Shown: positions 28,321 to 36,925 of the stretch, one piece after another
How the letters are laid out: every line of letters begins with the position of its first letter
Numbering within the stretch: the stretch's first letter is position 1
Source of the DNA: a virus
Lineage: Duplodnaviria; Caudoviricetes
Virus record (IMG/VR): IMGVR_UViG_3300046011_007348
Coordinates: 8,024-72,023 of that record
Reading direction: 5' to 3' (one strand)
Length of the DNA stretch: 64,000 bases
Made by a program: the position numbers and the translations under genes
The notes under the pieces: generated by a model
Database searches by the model: none
Told to the model about the DNA's origin: nothing
Seen by the model: only the letters and a program-made list of their open reading frames with translations

Positions 28321-29085
28321 ATGCTGCCATTAATTCAAAAAAAAAGTTTACCAGAAATTATCAAAGTCGGAACTGATGAATCTGGATATTTGTATTTAGC
28401 TAAAACAAAATCTATCACAGTTGGGGAGAGGCAAGAACTATCTGAACACGAAAGAAAGCGTGGGCAAGGTAGCGTAATGGCATCAAATCTAATTAACAAA
28501 ATTGCCAAAGAAAAAAGCATCAGCACAGTTGAAGCACGTAATCTACTTGGTGGTATTGATAACTTAGATAATAGTCAAATTGTGGAAGAATATGCCAAAG
28601 AATTTTACGATTTGTCTACATTTATTGGCTCTGCTGACTTAGATATTAAAGTTGCTGTAGCGCATATCATTATTAAGAATAGAGTTGCTTACCCAATCAA
28701 AGTTGCTGTAGATGGCAACATAAATGACAAGAAGTTAACAGTTGAACCATTAACAGTTAATTTAACACATAGGCAAGGCATTAGAATAGGCAGTAGCTAC
28801 ATTATTGCTGAAGGAAATTATGAAATAGATAACACGTTGATTAAAACGCAGCCATTACCAGCTTCTATTAAAGCAGGCAGTGTTGGATTTTTGTCCTCTA
28901 ATTATTTCTATGTGCTTGGAAGTTCTGAGTGGACACTAGAAATGACTAAGCAGCTAGATGAAATTCTTATTAACGATATTTATGACTTCTTCCAAAATGA
29001 ATCTAACAGATGGGAATCTGTAGAGACAGTTGTACAAGATGAGCCGGGGGAGGACAAGACTCAACTAGCGTTACCGATGGAATAG
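28321..29085 (+). CDS. Tail assembly chaperone (gpG-like)
   Basis: After tail tubes; slippery G GGG GAG at 29046-29052 near the 3' end. Confidence 0.7.
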   Translation: MLPLIQKKSLPEIIKVGTDESGYLYLAKTKSITVGERQELSEHERKRGQGSVMASNLINKIAKEKSISTVEARNLLGGIDNLDNSQIVEEYAKEFYDLSTFIGSADLDIKVAVAHIIIKNRVAYPIKVAVDGNINDKKLTVEPLTVNLTHRQGIRIGSSYIIAEGNYEIDNTLIKTQPLPASIKAGSVGFLSSNYFYVLGSSEWTLEMTKQLDEILINDIYDFFQNESNRWESVETVVQDEPGEDKTQLALPME

Positions 29086-29456
29086 ATTGGAAAAAACTGT
29101 ATTGGCGTATTCAATCTTATCAAATCAAAGATAGAAGATTTAGTGACTGGGAAACTTATTTGCAGCAGCCAGATTATGTAGTATTTGAATGTATTACTGA
29201 GATGGAATCTTTACGCATGGCTCAGTCAAACATTGACTCTAGAGTTCATGCAATTGGCTGGGCTGGACTATTCAATGGATTCAAAGGAAAGGAAGATCCA
29301 TCTATTGATTACACTGAATTGTTGCCTTTTCCAAATCAAGCCCACAATCCAAAATGCAAATTGAGTGATGTCACAAAAGCGATTATTAACGAAGCTATAC
29401 GTAAAAAAGATTTACCATTGATTTCGTTGACTAGCTTAGCTCTACTGTTAAATTAA
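29043..29456 (+). CDS. Tail assembly chaperone gpT-like extension, reached by -1 frameshift
   Basis: -1 frame opens right after TGA 29040-29042 and is stop-free to 29456. Confidence 0.7.
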   Translation, partial: AGGGQDSTSVTDGIDWKKLYWRIQSYQIKDRRFSDWETYLQQPDYVVFECITEMESLRMAQSNIDSRVHAIGWAGLFNGFKGKEDPSIDYTELLPFPNQAHNPKCKLSDVTKAIINEAIRKKDLPLISLTSLALLLN

Positions 29457-29486
29457 AAAGCACTGCTGATAAATGCAGTGCTTTTT
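29455..29486. terminator. Bidirectional intrinsic terminator
   Basis: AAAAAGCACTGC-N8-GCAGTGCTTTTT between convergent operons. Confidence 0.85.
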
Positions 29487-29490
29487 AGTG

Positions 29491-29649
29491 TTATATAATT
29501 ATTGCTCCAAACATCAATGCTGCTGCTTCTAGCGATGACTCAATTGTTAGTTTTTTGCCATCGCTAGCGTAGATTTTTCCACCAACACTCCTGACATAAT
29601 CAATGAAAGCATTTAGGCTTTCTTTGTGTTCAAATATAACCTGAGTCAT
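29491..29649 (-). CDS. 52-aa hypothetical protein (not in ORF track)
   Basis: MTQVIFEHKESLNAFIDYVRSVGGK...; fills gap before terminator. Confidence 0.5.
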   Translation of the reverse strand: MTQVIFEHKESLNAFIDYVRSVGGKIYASDGKKLTIESSLEAAALMFGAIII

Positions 29650-29665
29650 TACATTTGATGCCCAC

Positions 29666-30001
29666 TTAGAAATAGAATTTTAACGCCCACTCTAGAAAGT
29701 TGTAAACAACGTTTCTAGTAGTTTCCTGATTGCTTCTTTGTTCAGGAGATAATGTCTCTCCCCCAAAGAAAGAAAGAGTCTCCTCAGAGAAATTTTGCCA
29801 TGGTGAGATGGCGTGATCGAATTCCTTGTCAGAATCAATGCCAATTCTGACGTTTTGTCTGATTTGTTGAACTATTAAGCTATCCAAATCGGACGTTAAT
29901 TCGGCAAATTGTTCCTCTTCAGTATATCTTTGCCACAAATTATCTGACTTGATTATCTCTCCAAAGTCAAACGAATCTAGCTCAGTGACTACTTCAATCA
30001 T
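29666..30001 (-). CDS. Acidic hypothetical protein
   Basis: GGAGG RBS; overlaps upstream gene. Confidence 0.6.
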   Translation of the reverse strand: MIEVVTELDSFDFGEIIKSDNLWQRYTEEEQFAELTSDLDSLIVQQIRQNVRIGIDSDKEFDHAISPWQNFSEETLSFFGGETLSPEQRSNQETTRNVVYNFLEWALKFYF

Positions 30002-30371
30002 ACAATTTCCCTCCTTTATTTGTTCTCTTTGTACGACTTGTTTGAATTACTTCTCCATCATGAAGCACTACTAAACATGCTTCATCTGTTGAGTATATGG
30101 TTTTGCCCCCAGTGGCAGGGCATAACAACAACACAAGAATATCAGTGCTGTTGTCTTTGGCTAGCACAATTTCATCACCTACTAGCTCAACTCCTCCTTG
30201 TGTCCAGCCGACTCCATCAGGAAGAACTCCTTTGGGGACGAAGTCGTCGTACCCATGATACGAAACTTGAATTTCTGGCGATACATTGATGCCCGTCCCT
30301 TGACATTTGCCATCCAGCGTCTGTATGCCGGAAAATTTAATTCCAAATTCATCAATAGTATATGTGTTCAT
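29994..30371 (-). CDS. Hypothetical protein
   Basis: GGAGG RBS; ATGA overlap. Confidence 0.6.
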   Translation of the reverse strand: MNTYTIDEFGIKFSGIQTLDGKCQGTGINVSPEIQVSYHGYDDFVPKGVLPDGVGWTQGGVELVGDEIVLAKDNSTDILVLLLCPATGGKTIYSTDEACLVVLHDGEVIQTSRTKRTNKGGKLYD

Positions 30372-30559
30372 TCCTCCTCCTCCTTCAATATTGTTTGTGC
30401 TACCATTAGCAGCGAATATGCTTGCTGCTGAATCTCCTGTTCATCTGTAAACAGATGTTTACAGTATGCGTAGGCAAGTGAGCCACCTTGCTCACTGCTT
30501 ACATCAATCCCTTGCTCTTTAGCAAAGTTAACGAATAGATATACATCTCCCAAGTCCAT
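30368..30559 (-). CDS. Hypothetical protein
   Basis: First gene after promoter at 30587-30615. Confidence 0.6.
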   Translation of the reverse strand: MDLGDVYLFVNFAKEQGIDVSSEQGGSLAYAYCKHLFTDEQEIQQQAYSLLMVAQTILKEEEE

Positions 30560-30586
30560 GCCAAAATTTAAAACTCAATCTATCTA

Positions 30587-30624
30587 ATAGTAGATGATTT
30601 TCAGGATAATGTCAATAGATTATC
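30587..30624 (-). promoter_or_regulatory. Sigma70-type promoter
   Basis: Minus strand GATAATCTA-TTGACA-N17-TACTAT. Confidence 0.65.
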
Positions 30625-30939
30625 TTATTTTTTCTTATGCAATTGCTTATAATTACGCTGTAGCATTTTAGTGAAAGCTGGAGTATTTTTATTTTTCCAG
30701 ACTGGATTATCTTTATTGGTTAACCAGTTAGTAGCAGAGTGGCATATATTCTTATGACAGTATTTGCATACGGGGAAGATGTTAATTCCGTACCTGTCTC
30801 CGGATTTTCTATAGCTAGAATGATGTATTTCTTGACTATCATTGATTTTGCAGCAACAACACTTACCACCAACATTGCTATGTGCTATTGCTGCTTTCTT
30901 TTTATACTTCTTTAGATTGCCATATCTTTGCTGATACAT
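30625..30939 (-). CDS. HNH endonuclease
   Basis: CCCC...EIHHSSY...NIFPVCKYCH..CH. Confidence 0.8.
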   Translation of the reverse strand: MYQQRYGNLKKYKKKAAIAHSNVGGKCCCCKINDSQEIHHSSYRKSGDRYGINIFPVCKYCHKNICHSATNWLTNKDNPVWKNKNTPAFTKMLQRNYKQLHKKK

Positions 30940-31679
30940 TAATAGGGGAATATTACTCTACCACTTGGGCGTATATCAGCATGGAAAAATCCTTTATTTC
31001 TTCCCATGAATACGGCATCTCCTAGTCCTGTAAAATTGGAGGACAAAAGCACTTGCCAAAGTCTTCTAAAATCACCATTAACTGGTTGCATATCTAATGC
31101 TTTGAAATAAATATGCTGACTATTCCTAGCTCCACCAATAGATTTATTTACAGCAGGTGGGCGATAGCCGGAAGTAATTCTAATTGGTGAGCCAAATTTA
31201 TCTCTGACTTCTCCCCATGTTCTAGCTAATCTGATAGCGTTTGCCACATGCTCCGACGATATAGGAACTCTTGTGCAGTCTTTAGTAGCTTCTCCCCAAG
31301 TCAGTGGAACATTATCAACAATTAATGTATTTGCATACACTGTTTTCCCACCTGGCAGCATCATACTTGGTTGACTATCGACTTTGTCTGTCTCATTTGC
31401 CGAGCATTCTTCTTTATCTTGAAGTTCTAATAGTTCCTTTGCAGTTGTAGCACCAAGAAATAGAGGATACTCAAGATTTTTATCAGATTTAAAATCTATA
31501 AATGCTTGCTTGGTGTTGCTCCCGACAATGCCATCTACAGTAATTTTAAGTAAAGATTGAATTTCTTTAACTAATTCTACTGGTAATTCGGAAATATGAA
31601 TTGCAGTAGAATTAGTGCTTATGAATTTCTCAAGATTTTGCATGACTGGTAAAGATAAGATCAATACCAATCTTAGCAT
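30939..31679 (-). CDS. Endolysin: PG-binding domain + peptidase M15A (start may be ATG 31643)
   Basis: VKEIQSLL..VDGIVGSNT; ITSGYRPPAVN..GGARNSQH..ALD..FFHAD. Confidence 0.88.
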   Translation of the reverse strand: MLRLVLILSLPVMQNLEKFISTNSTAIHISELPVELVKEIQSLLKITVDGIVGSNTKQAFIDFKSDKNLEYPLFLGATTAKELLELQDKEECSANETDKVDSQPSMMLPGGKTVYANTLIVDNVPLTWGEATKDCTRVPISSEHVANAIRLARTWGEVRDKFGSPIRITSGYRPPAVNKSIGGARNSQHIYFKALDMQPVNGDFRRLWQVLLSSNFTGLGDAVFMGRNKGFFHADIRPSGRVIFPY

Positions 31680-32339
31680 TTAAACTTTGGGGCGGCCTTG
31701 TATTTTACTTGCCCAACTGATTTCATATACCGCCTTCTCTAATTGTTCAGAAGTACCGTATATGTTATTCCTACTGTCAAATGTCTTGATATATCTTACA
31801 GCAGTGTCAAAGTCGTGCTGGAATAATTGCCATGCTTGTTTTGTTCCTGCCTCTCCAAGATTTAAGTTAGTATCACATAAATTCTTGAGTTCTATTGCTT
31901 TCGCTCTAATACCTTCTTCTAAAAGCATTATAGAAGAAATTGGATTGTACACAAAAATTTCCCATGCTAATCCATCATTGATTAATAGATTAATGTATCT
32001 TAATGCTTTATTGCTGTCTTGATAAAATATTTTCCAGACATATTTTATAGCATTTTCTCCAACAGGAAATGCTTCATAGACTTGCTTAATATCTAAAGCA
32101 ACACTCCTGGTTTTTTCGTTAATTGCAAAAACTGATGCAGCAGGGGGAAAATATTCAAAAATCTCCCATACCAATTTGTTTTTTCTCAGCCCTTCTTTGA
32201 TTATTTCAGTCTTAATCTCCTCAGAATCGTAGGAGAAGTAATACGGATCTTGTAAATTAATAGCTTCTAACAGCTTCTGTATCCCTCTAGTCATGCGTTT
32301 ATATCCAAAACAATTAGTTAATAATACAGCAAAAAACAC
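31680..32339 (-). CDS. Hypothetical protein with two internal ~68-aa repeats (start likely ATG 32294)
   Basis: LVWEIF...VWKIF..ALRYI / LAWEIF...AWQLF..AVRYI. Confidence 0.6.
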   Translation of the reverse strand: MFFAVLLTNCFGYKRMTRGIQKLLEAINLQDPYYFSYDSEEIKTEIIKEGLRKNKLVWEIFEYFPPAASVFAINEKTRSVALDIKQVYEAFPVGENAIKYVWKIFYQDSNKALRYINLLINDGLAWEIFVYNPISSIMLLEEGIRAKAIELKNLCDTNLNLGEAGTKQAWQLFQHDFDTAVRYIKTFDSRNNIYGTSEQLEKAVYEISWASKIQGRPKV

Positions 32340-32375
32340 ATAACGTCAATAGTTTTAGGAATAGTGATATATCTA

Positions 32376-32404
32376 TTGACAAAGTAGCCAAAATGCTTTA
32401 CTGT
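32376..32404 (+). promoter_or_regulatory. Sigma70-type promoter for helicase (divergent partner near 32345-32352)
   Basis: TTGACA-N17-TACTGT. Confidence 0.55.
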
Positions 32405-32408
32405 TAGA

Positions 32409-34151
32409 ATGTGTAGCTATTTTCCATTTATGCTAAGAGACTATCAACAGTCAGCAATTAACCGGATATACCAGTTATTCAGAAACAACATAACCAGTGT
32501 TATGTTGTACGCTCCTACGGGTGCAGGCAAAACGCATATCAGCAGCAAGATTATCGCTGATTGCTTGTCTAAGAACAGGAGAATTTTATTTTTAGTCCAC
32601 AGGACTAAGTTAATTGAACAGACAATATCTACTCTGGTAAAAAGCTATGGAGTGAAACTAGAGCAGATAGGCGTTATAGCGCCTAATTACAAGTCGGATT
32701 ACAAATGTCCGGTTCAGATATCCATGGTGCAAACTATCCAAAACAGACAATATCCAGAAGACATCGGATTACTAATTGTGGATGAAGCCCATACCACTGC
32801 TTATTTCAGTGTGTTTGAAAAGTTACTAAATCATTACAGTGGTGGCATTTGGACACAATCTAAATGCTTTGTACTTGGTTTATCTGCTTCACCATGGAGA
32901 ACTAAAAAGAGAGAAGGTTTTTGTAGATTCTTCCAAGCGATGGTACGCGCGCCATATCCAGAAGAATTGATTAAGCAAGGACATTTATGCAGCGCTAGAC
33001 ATTTTGGCTGGGGTGGATTAATTGATTACTCTAAACTCGATGTTGGAGCAGCTGGAGATTTTACCCAAAACAGTTTAGAGGTTGTTTGTAATAGCGAATA
33101 TAACAAAGTTATTATAGACAAATTTCTTGAGTTATGCCCCACCAGGAAGACGATAGCTTTCTGCGCTGGTGTTAAACAATCCATAGATTTAGCTGAACAA
33201 TTCAATAGTGCTGGCATTAAAGCTAGTGTTGTTACCGGTGAAACTCCGGAATTTGTCCGGAAAGACATCTACAATCAATTTAAACGTGGAGACATCCAAG
33301 TTATTAGTAGCGTATCTGTATTGTGTGAGGGCTTTGATGAGACTAGCTGTAATGCTGCAATTATTGCCCGTCCTACTAAATCTAGAGCATTATTGGTGCA
33401 GATGTGTGGTAGAGCATTGAGATTGCATCCTGATAAACAAGATGCTTATTTATTAGACTTTGGGGATAATTTTAAACGACTTGGATTACCTGTCTCTAAA
33501 TTCCCCACACCATTGTGTCCAACGTTTAAGAAAGCAGAAGAAATGCCAGTTAAAGAATGTCCTAACTGTTCTGCAATACTGCCAATTTTTGCTATGATTT
33601 GTCCTGATTGTGGACACTTGTTTGTGAAAGAGGAAGAAGAAGACACTCCAGACACTTTGCCTGAGTTTGGAGAGATATTCTCCAAAGAACAACAAGAACA
33701 AATATCTTATCTAAGAGGACAACTACTACGTGCTTACAAAGCTGAAAGAGATATTGGGAGAGTCACGTGGTTGTTCACAGAAAGATATAATTTTTTGCCT
33801 CCACAGCATTGGTATTTAGACGCTATTTTTAGACGTGGTAGAAATGTCCATCCCACAGTCAGAAAGACAGATGAACAAGCATTACTACGTTTCTTTAAGA
33901 AGACTAAACCCACCGCTAACTCTGGTTGGTTAGGAGAACAATTTAGGCGAGAATTTGGCAAAGGATATTATGACTTTGATGCAATCAACTGGAAAGATGT
34001 TTTAGGAGTTCCTGAGCATAGTAATTACAGTTACAAAGACGTAACTGATTTGTATAGACAAAAAATAGTACAAGCCTCTCCAGAAGATGCTTCGCTCTTA
34101 AACTTCTGCCTGGAAGAGGCATTGAAAATATTGAATTCGTCAGTCTATTAA
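32409..34151 (+). CDS. SF2 DEAH helicase (RadD/UvsW-like) with Zn finger
   Basis: LRDYQ, APTGAGKT, VDEAH, GLSASP, LCEGFD, QMCGRALR; CPNC..CPDC. Confidence 0.93.
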   Translation: MCSYFPFMLRDYQQSAINRIYQLFRNNITSVMLYAPTGAGKTHISSKIIADCLSKNRRILFLVHRTKLIEQTISTLVKSYGVKLEQIGVIAPNYKSDYKCPVQISMVQTIQNRQYPEDIGLLIVDEAHTTAYFSVFEKLLNHYSGGIWTQSKCFVLGLSASPWRTKKREGFCRFFQAMVRAPYPEELIKQGHLCSARHFGWGGLIDYSKLDVGAAGDFTQNSLEVVCNSEYNKVIIDKFLELCPTRKTIAFCAGVKQSIDLAEQFNSAGIKASVVTGETPEFVRKDIYNQFKRGDIQVISSVSVLCEGFDETSCNAAIIARPTKSRALLVQMCGRALRLHPDKQDAYLLDFGDNFKRLGLPVSKFPTPLCPTFKKAEEMPVKECPNCSAILPIFAMICPDCGHLFVKEEEEDTPDTLPEFGEIFSKEQQEQISYLRGQLLRAYKAERDIGRVTWLFTERYNFLPPQHWYLDAIFRRGRNVHPTVRKTDEQALLRFFKKTKPTANSGWLGEQFRREFGKGYYDFDAINWKDVLGVPEHSNYSYKDVTDLYRQKIVQASPEDASLLNFCLEEALKILNSSVY

Positions 34152-34312
34152 CATTTCTCCCAAAGTATGTTTGCTTTAAGCAGATTCACAGCTTGCAATT
34201 TACTTAATGCAGTAGTAACGACTGCAGGAGGATAAGTTGAAAATTGTTTAAGAATCTCGCCGTAATTGCGAGGTTCATTACAAAATTTGACTAGCTCTTG
34301 TTCTAAATCCAT
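34148..34312 (-). CDS. 54-aa hypothetical protein (not in ORF track)
   Basis: MDLEQELVKFCNEPRNYGEILKQF...; own promoter upstream. Confidence 0.5.
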   Translation of the reverse strand: MDLEQELVKFCNEPRNYGEILKQFSTYPPAVVTTALSKLQAVNLLKANILWEKC

Positions 34313-34338
34313 AACAATGGTAAAAATGGTACTCTAAA

Positions 34339-34366
34339 ATTATACTATAATCCATTGACATGTCAA
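34339..34366 (-). promoter_or_regulatory. Consensus sigma70 promoter; -35 lies in palindrome TTGACATGTCAA
   Basis: Minus strand TTGACA-N16-TATAAT. Confidence 0.6.
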
Positions 34367-34382
34367 ATTTAAAATTTATTTA

Positions 34383-34413
34383 AAGCAAAGCCTGTGTTGA
34401 TTGGCACAGGCTT
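34383..34413 (-). terminator. Terminator of tail-tip operon
   Basis: AAGCCTGTG-N8-CACAGGCTT with T-rich tail on minus strand. Confidence 0.65.
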
Positions 34414-34416
34414 AAA

Positions 34417-34797
34417 TTATTTAACATCATAGACTAAAAAGTTAGAACTCCATTCCAAAATGGATAGCAACATCTTTTGAAAAAAAATTATAAATAATGA
34501 TTTGACTTTTACTACTGACTTAAAGATATTGATTTTAATGTTCCTGATTTCAAAAGTAACTGCATGAGATGCATCATCAACTGAAACCAAGACAATTGAT
34601 TTGATTTTAGATGGTTCAAATTTATCTGTCTGCATGTTATTAGAGCGTAAAAAAGCAATAAATCTAGGATAATGTTCAGTTATCAATATCCAGATATCGT
34701 CTTGACAAGATATAAATAAATCATATCCTTCTTCACTTTGAAAACCTGAGATTGAGCAATATTCAAGTATTTCTTTGATAGGATTAAGATTATTCAT
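34417..34797 (-). CDS. Hypothetical protein
   Basis: ATGA-coupled to gpK-like gene. Confidence 0.5.
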   Translation of the reverse strand: MNNLNPIKEILEYCSISGFQSEEGYDLFISCQDDIWILITEHYPRFIAFLRSNNMQTDKFEPSKIKSIVLVSVDDASHAVTFEIRNIKINIFKSVVKVKSLFIIFFQKMLLSILEWSSNFLVYDVK

Positions 34798-35564
34798 TCA
34801 AAACTCCTGTGTCTGCATATATATCGTGTTGCATGTTTCCAGTAAGTGCCACCATAAACAAACAATTCGCTAGTTCTTTCACCTCCTAGATTATGTAAAC
34901 CAGTGTTATTGTCATCAATTATTATGCTTACATGGTGAGGTTGTATGTTGTTTAAGCTCATAACAATGACATCATTTTTTTGATGTAATTCTCCAAATTC
35001 TAACTTACGGAAATTAGCTTTTTGGAAATTCTCTTCTATTAGATTCCAAGAAGAAGATGTTGTTTCTTGCAAAGAAAACCCACGGGGAAAATCAGGTAAA
35101 GATATATCTAACATTCCTTTATAATAAGCTCTAAGCAAGCTAAAGCAGTCAGTCCTATTGTAAACAAATGGCCACTTTAAATAATAGTTGACTTCTTTAG
35201 GGGAACCGTCAATGAACAAAGGAAATGGATTAGCTAAATTTGCTGGATCAAACAAGTCCCAGGATTCAAAAGCAGAATGGTACAGAATATATTTTATCTT
35301 ACTGGATTTTGCATTACAAATATCTGGCGGGCTTAGATATTCGCTTTGTTCTGTCTTCCAGTGAGTGTGGTAAACACCTTGGATGTCATTGTATCCAACT
35401 ATTAAATCTAGTTCGTCCGGTTCAATAACAAATGCTTCATGCTTGTTCTCAGCAGCATTTGTACATCTATACGGCACGTCTTCCACAATGACACCGCAAA
35501 CTTCTTGTTCTGGAAACTCCTTTGCGTGTTCAATTATATGCTCTTTTATGTAAGCAGATATCAT
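34794..35564 (-). CDS. Tail assembly protein K-like (JAB/MPN + NlpC/P60)
   Basis: PEQEVCG..YHTH..SPPD; DCFSLLRAYY..PHHV. Confidence 0.9.
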   Translation of the reverse strand: MISAYIKEHIIEHAKEFPEQEVCGVIVEDVPYRCTNAAENKHEAFVIEPDELDLIVGYNDIQGVYHTHWKTEQSEYLSPPDICNAKSSKIKYILYHSAFESWDLFDPANLANPFPLFIDGSPKEVNYYLKWPFVYNRTDCFSLLRAYYKGMLDISLPDFPRGFSLQETTSSSWNLIEENFQKANFRKLEFGELHQKNDVIVMSLNNIQPHHVSIIIDDNNTGLHNLGGERTSELFVYGGTYWKHATRYICRHRSFE

Positions 35565-35935
35565 ACTCTTGGTGGGTAAACTTTAGAAATTATGCTGGCG
35601 TTAGATCTTACTTGAGTACTTGTTATTTTAGTAGAGATTGTGTATTGATTTTCTCCAACTGTGGTTACAGTCCATTCATCACAAACACACTCTTTAAGAT
35701 CTTCTCCTGTAGGACTCCATTCAAAAGAAGATAAAGAGTACTGTCGTAAATCAGCTAAAATAACATCTAATTCAGGCTTGCTATACACTGGACTGCGCAC
35801 ATCCCATTCACAATATGGTGATATGCCCTGCGTTAAGATTTGGCTGTAATTATCCCCTAATCTTGTTTTAATAGTTGGGATAATTGTGTTTTTAGATAAC
35901 TGCCACAATGGCGATAATTCCAGCACTAAACTCAT
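35561..35935 (-). CDS. Minor tail protein M-like, copy A
   Basis: TRLGDNYSQ..GI..W..SFEWSP..CVCDEW. Confidence 0.7.
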   Translation of the reverse strand: MSLVLELSPLWQLSKNTIIPTIKTRLGDNYSQILTQGISPYCEWDVRSPVYSKPELDVILADLRQYSLSSFEWSPTGEDLKECVCDEWTVTTVGENQYTISTKITSTQVRSNASIISKVYPPRV

Positions 35936-36450
35936 AAGACAAAATATCCGATTGTGTAATTAAACGCAGAAGCAGCACTTGAGACAATATTCAAAGCAGT
36001 GTTAGCTGTTAGCTTAAATTCTCTATTTGCTGCAAGACTTATATCTTTGACAGAACCTTGAGAGGACAAATAAAAGCGAATTCTGTCTGTAGATCCATCT
36101 CGAATAGTAATAGTCTGAGCGGTAGTACCTTCTAATTCAACTCTAATGAAAGACACATAAATACTTACTCCCGCTCCTGGCGCTGCTATTGCTGCTGTGG
36201 TAGTAGCAGTACTTGCAGTACCAGTTACAAATAGCATTGTTGGCGATACATTAGTTTTTACTAGTAATCTTTTTGCTAAAGAGATTAAACTTGCTGATGC
36301 AGTGTCTGATGTAGCAGCAGTGTCATCTTTAGTCCCAATAGCTGTTGATTCAAATTGCATCACATCTGGATTATTGGCAGTCCCAGCCCCTGAAGTTGTA
36401 GCTCTTTCCCGTAGTTGTCCGGCTCCGTCGATATATTTAACGCTTGGCAT
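35932..36450 (-). CDS. Hypothetical virion protein
   Basis: A/T/S rich, in tail-tip operon. Confidence 0.55.
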   Translation of the reverse strand: MPSVKYIDGAGQLRERATTSGAGTANNPDVMQFESTAIGTKDDTAATSDTASASLISLAKRLLVKTNVSPTMLFVTGTASTATTTAAIAAPGAGVSIYVSFIRVELEGTTAQTITIRDGSTDRIRFYLSSQGSVKDISLAANREFKLTANTALNIVSSAASAFNYTIGYFVL

Positions 36451-36451
36451 A

Positions 36452-36925
36452 TTAAAAATCTAAAGCAATGAATGAGTTTATTTTAGCACTTAACTTTAAG
36501 CTGTACGTTGTGTAATCCACAATAATAAATGACTCAGCCCAATCAGATGGATTTGTGTTGCTAAAAAATGTTGCCTTGACTCTTGCATAATAAGTAGTCT
36601 TAGGCATATTTGAAAACATGGCAAATGTCTCTATTGTGTTTTGAGCCATTTCCCATGCTCCTGTCAATCCTTTCTTAATCTCTACAACATATCCAATTGT
36701 CCATGGAGAATTTTGCAAAGAACCATTGATTGTCTGTTGAGGTGGAAGCCAAGAAACATAAATATCAAAAAAGTTTGCTCCTTCCGTGATTGGAATACCA
36801 TCAGCTGATAGTTTACCAATTGGATTAGTTGATACTGTAACTTCTCTTGGAACTACATTAACGTTGGGAGCATTAGAAGACACTCGTTGAGGCAACGAAT
36901 CAAAAGCCCATTGTACTGGTGTCAT
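36452..36925 (-). CDS. Fibronectin type III-like protein (detached J C-terminal part)
   Basis: VSWLPP..GYVVEIK..TYYARVKA..SDW. Confidence 0.65.
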   Translation of the reverse strand: MTPVQWAFDSLPQRVSSNAPNVNVVPREVTVSTNPIGKLSADGIPITEGANFFDIYVSWLPPQQTINGSLQNSPWTIGYVVEIKKGLTGAWEMAQNTIETFAMFSNMPKTTYYARVKATFFSNTNPSDWAESFIIVDYTTYSLKLSAKINSFIALDF

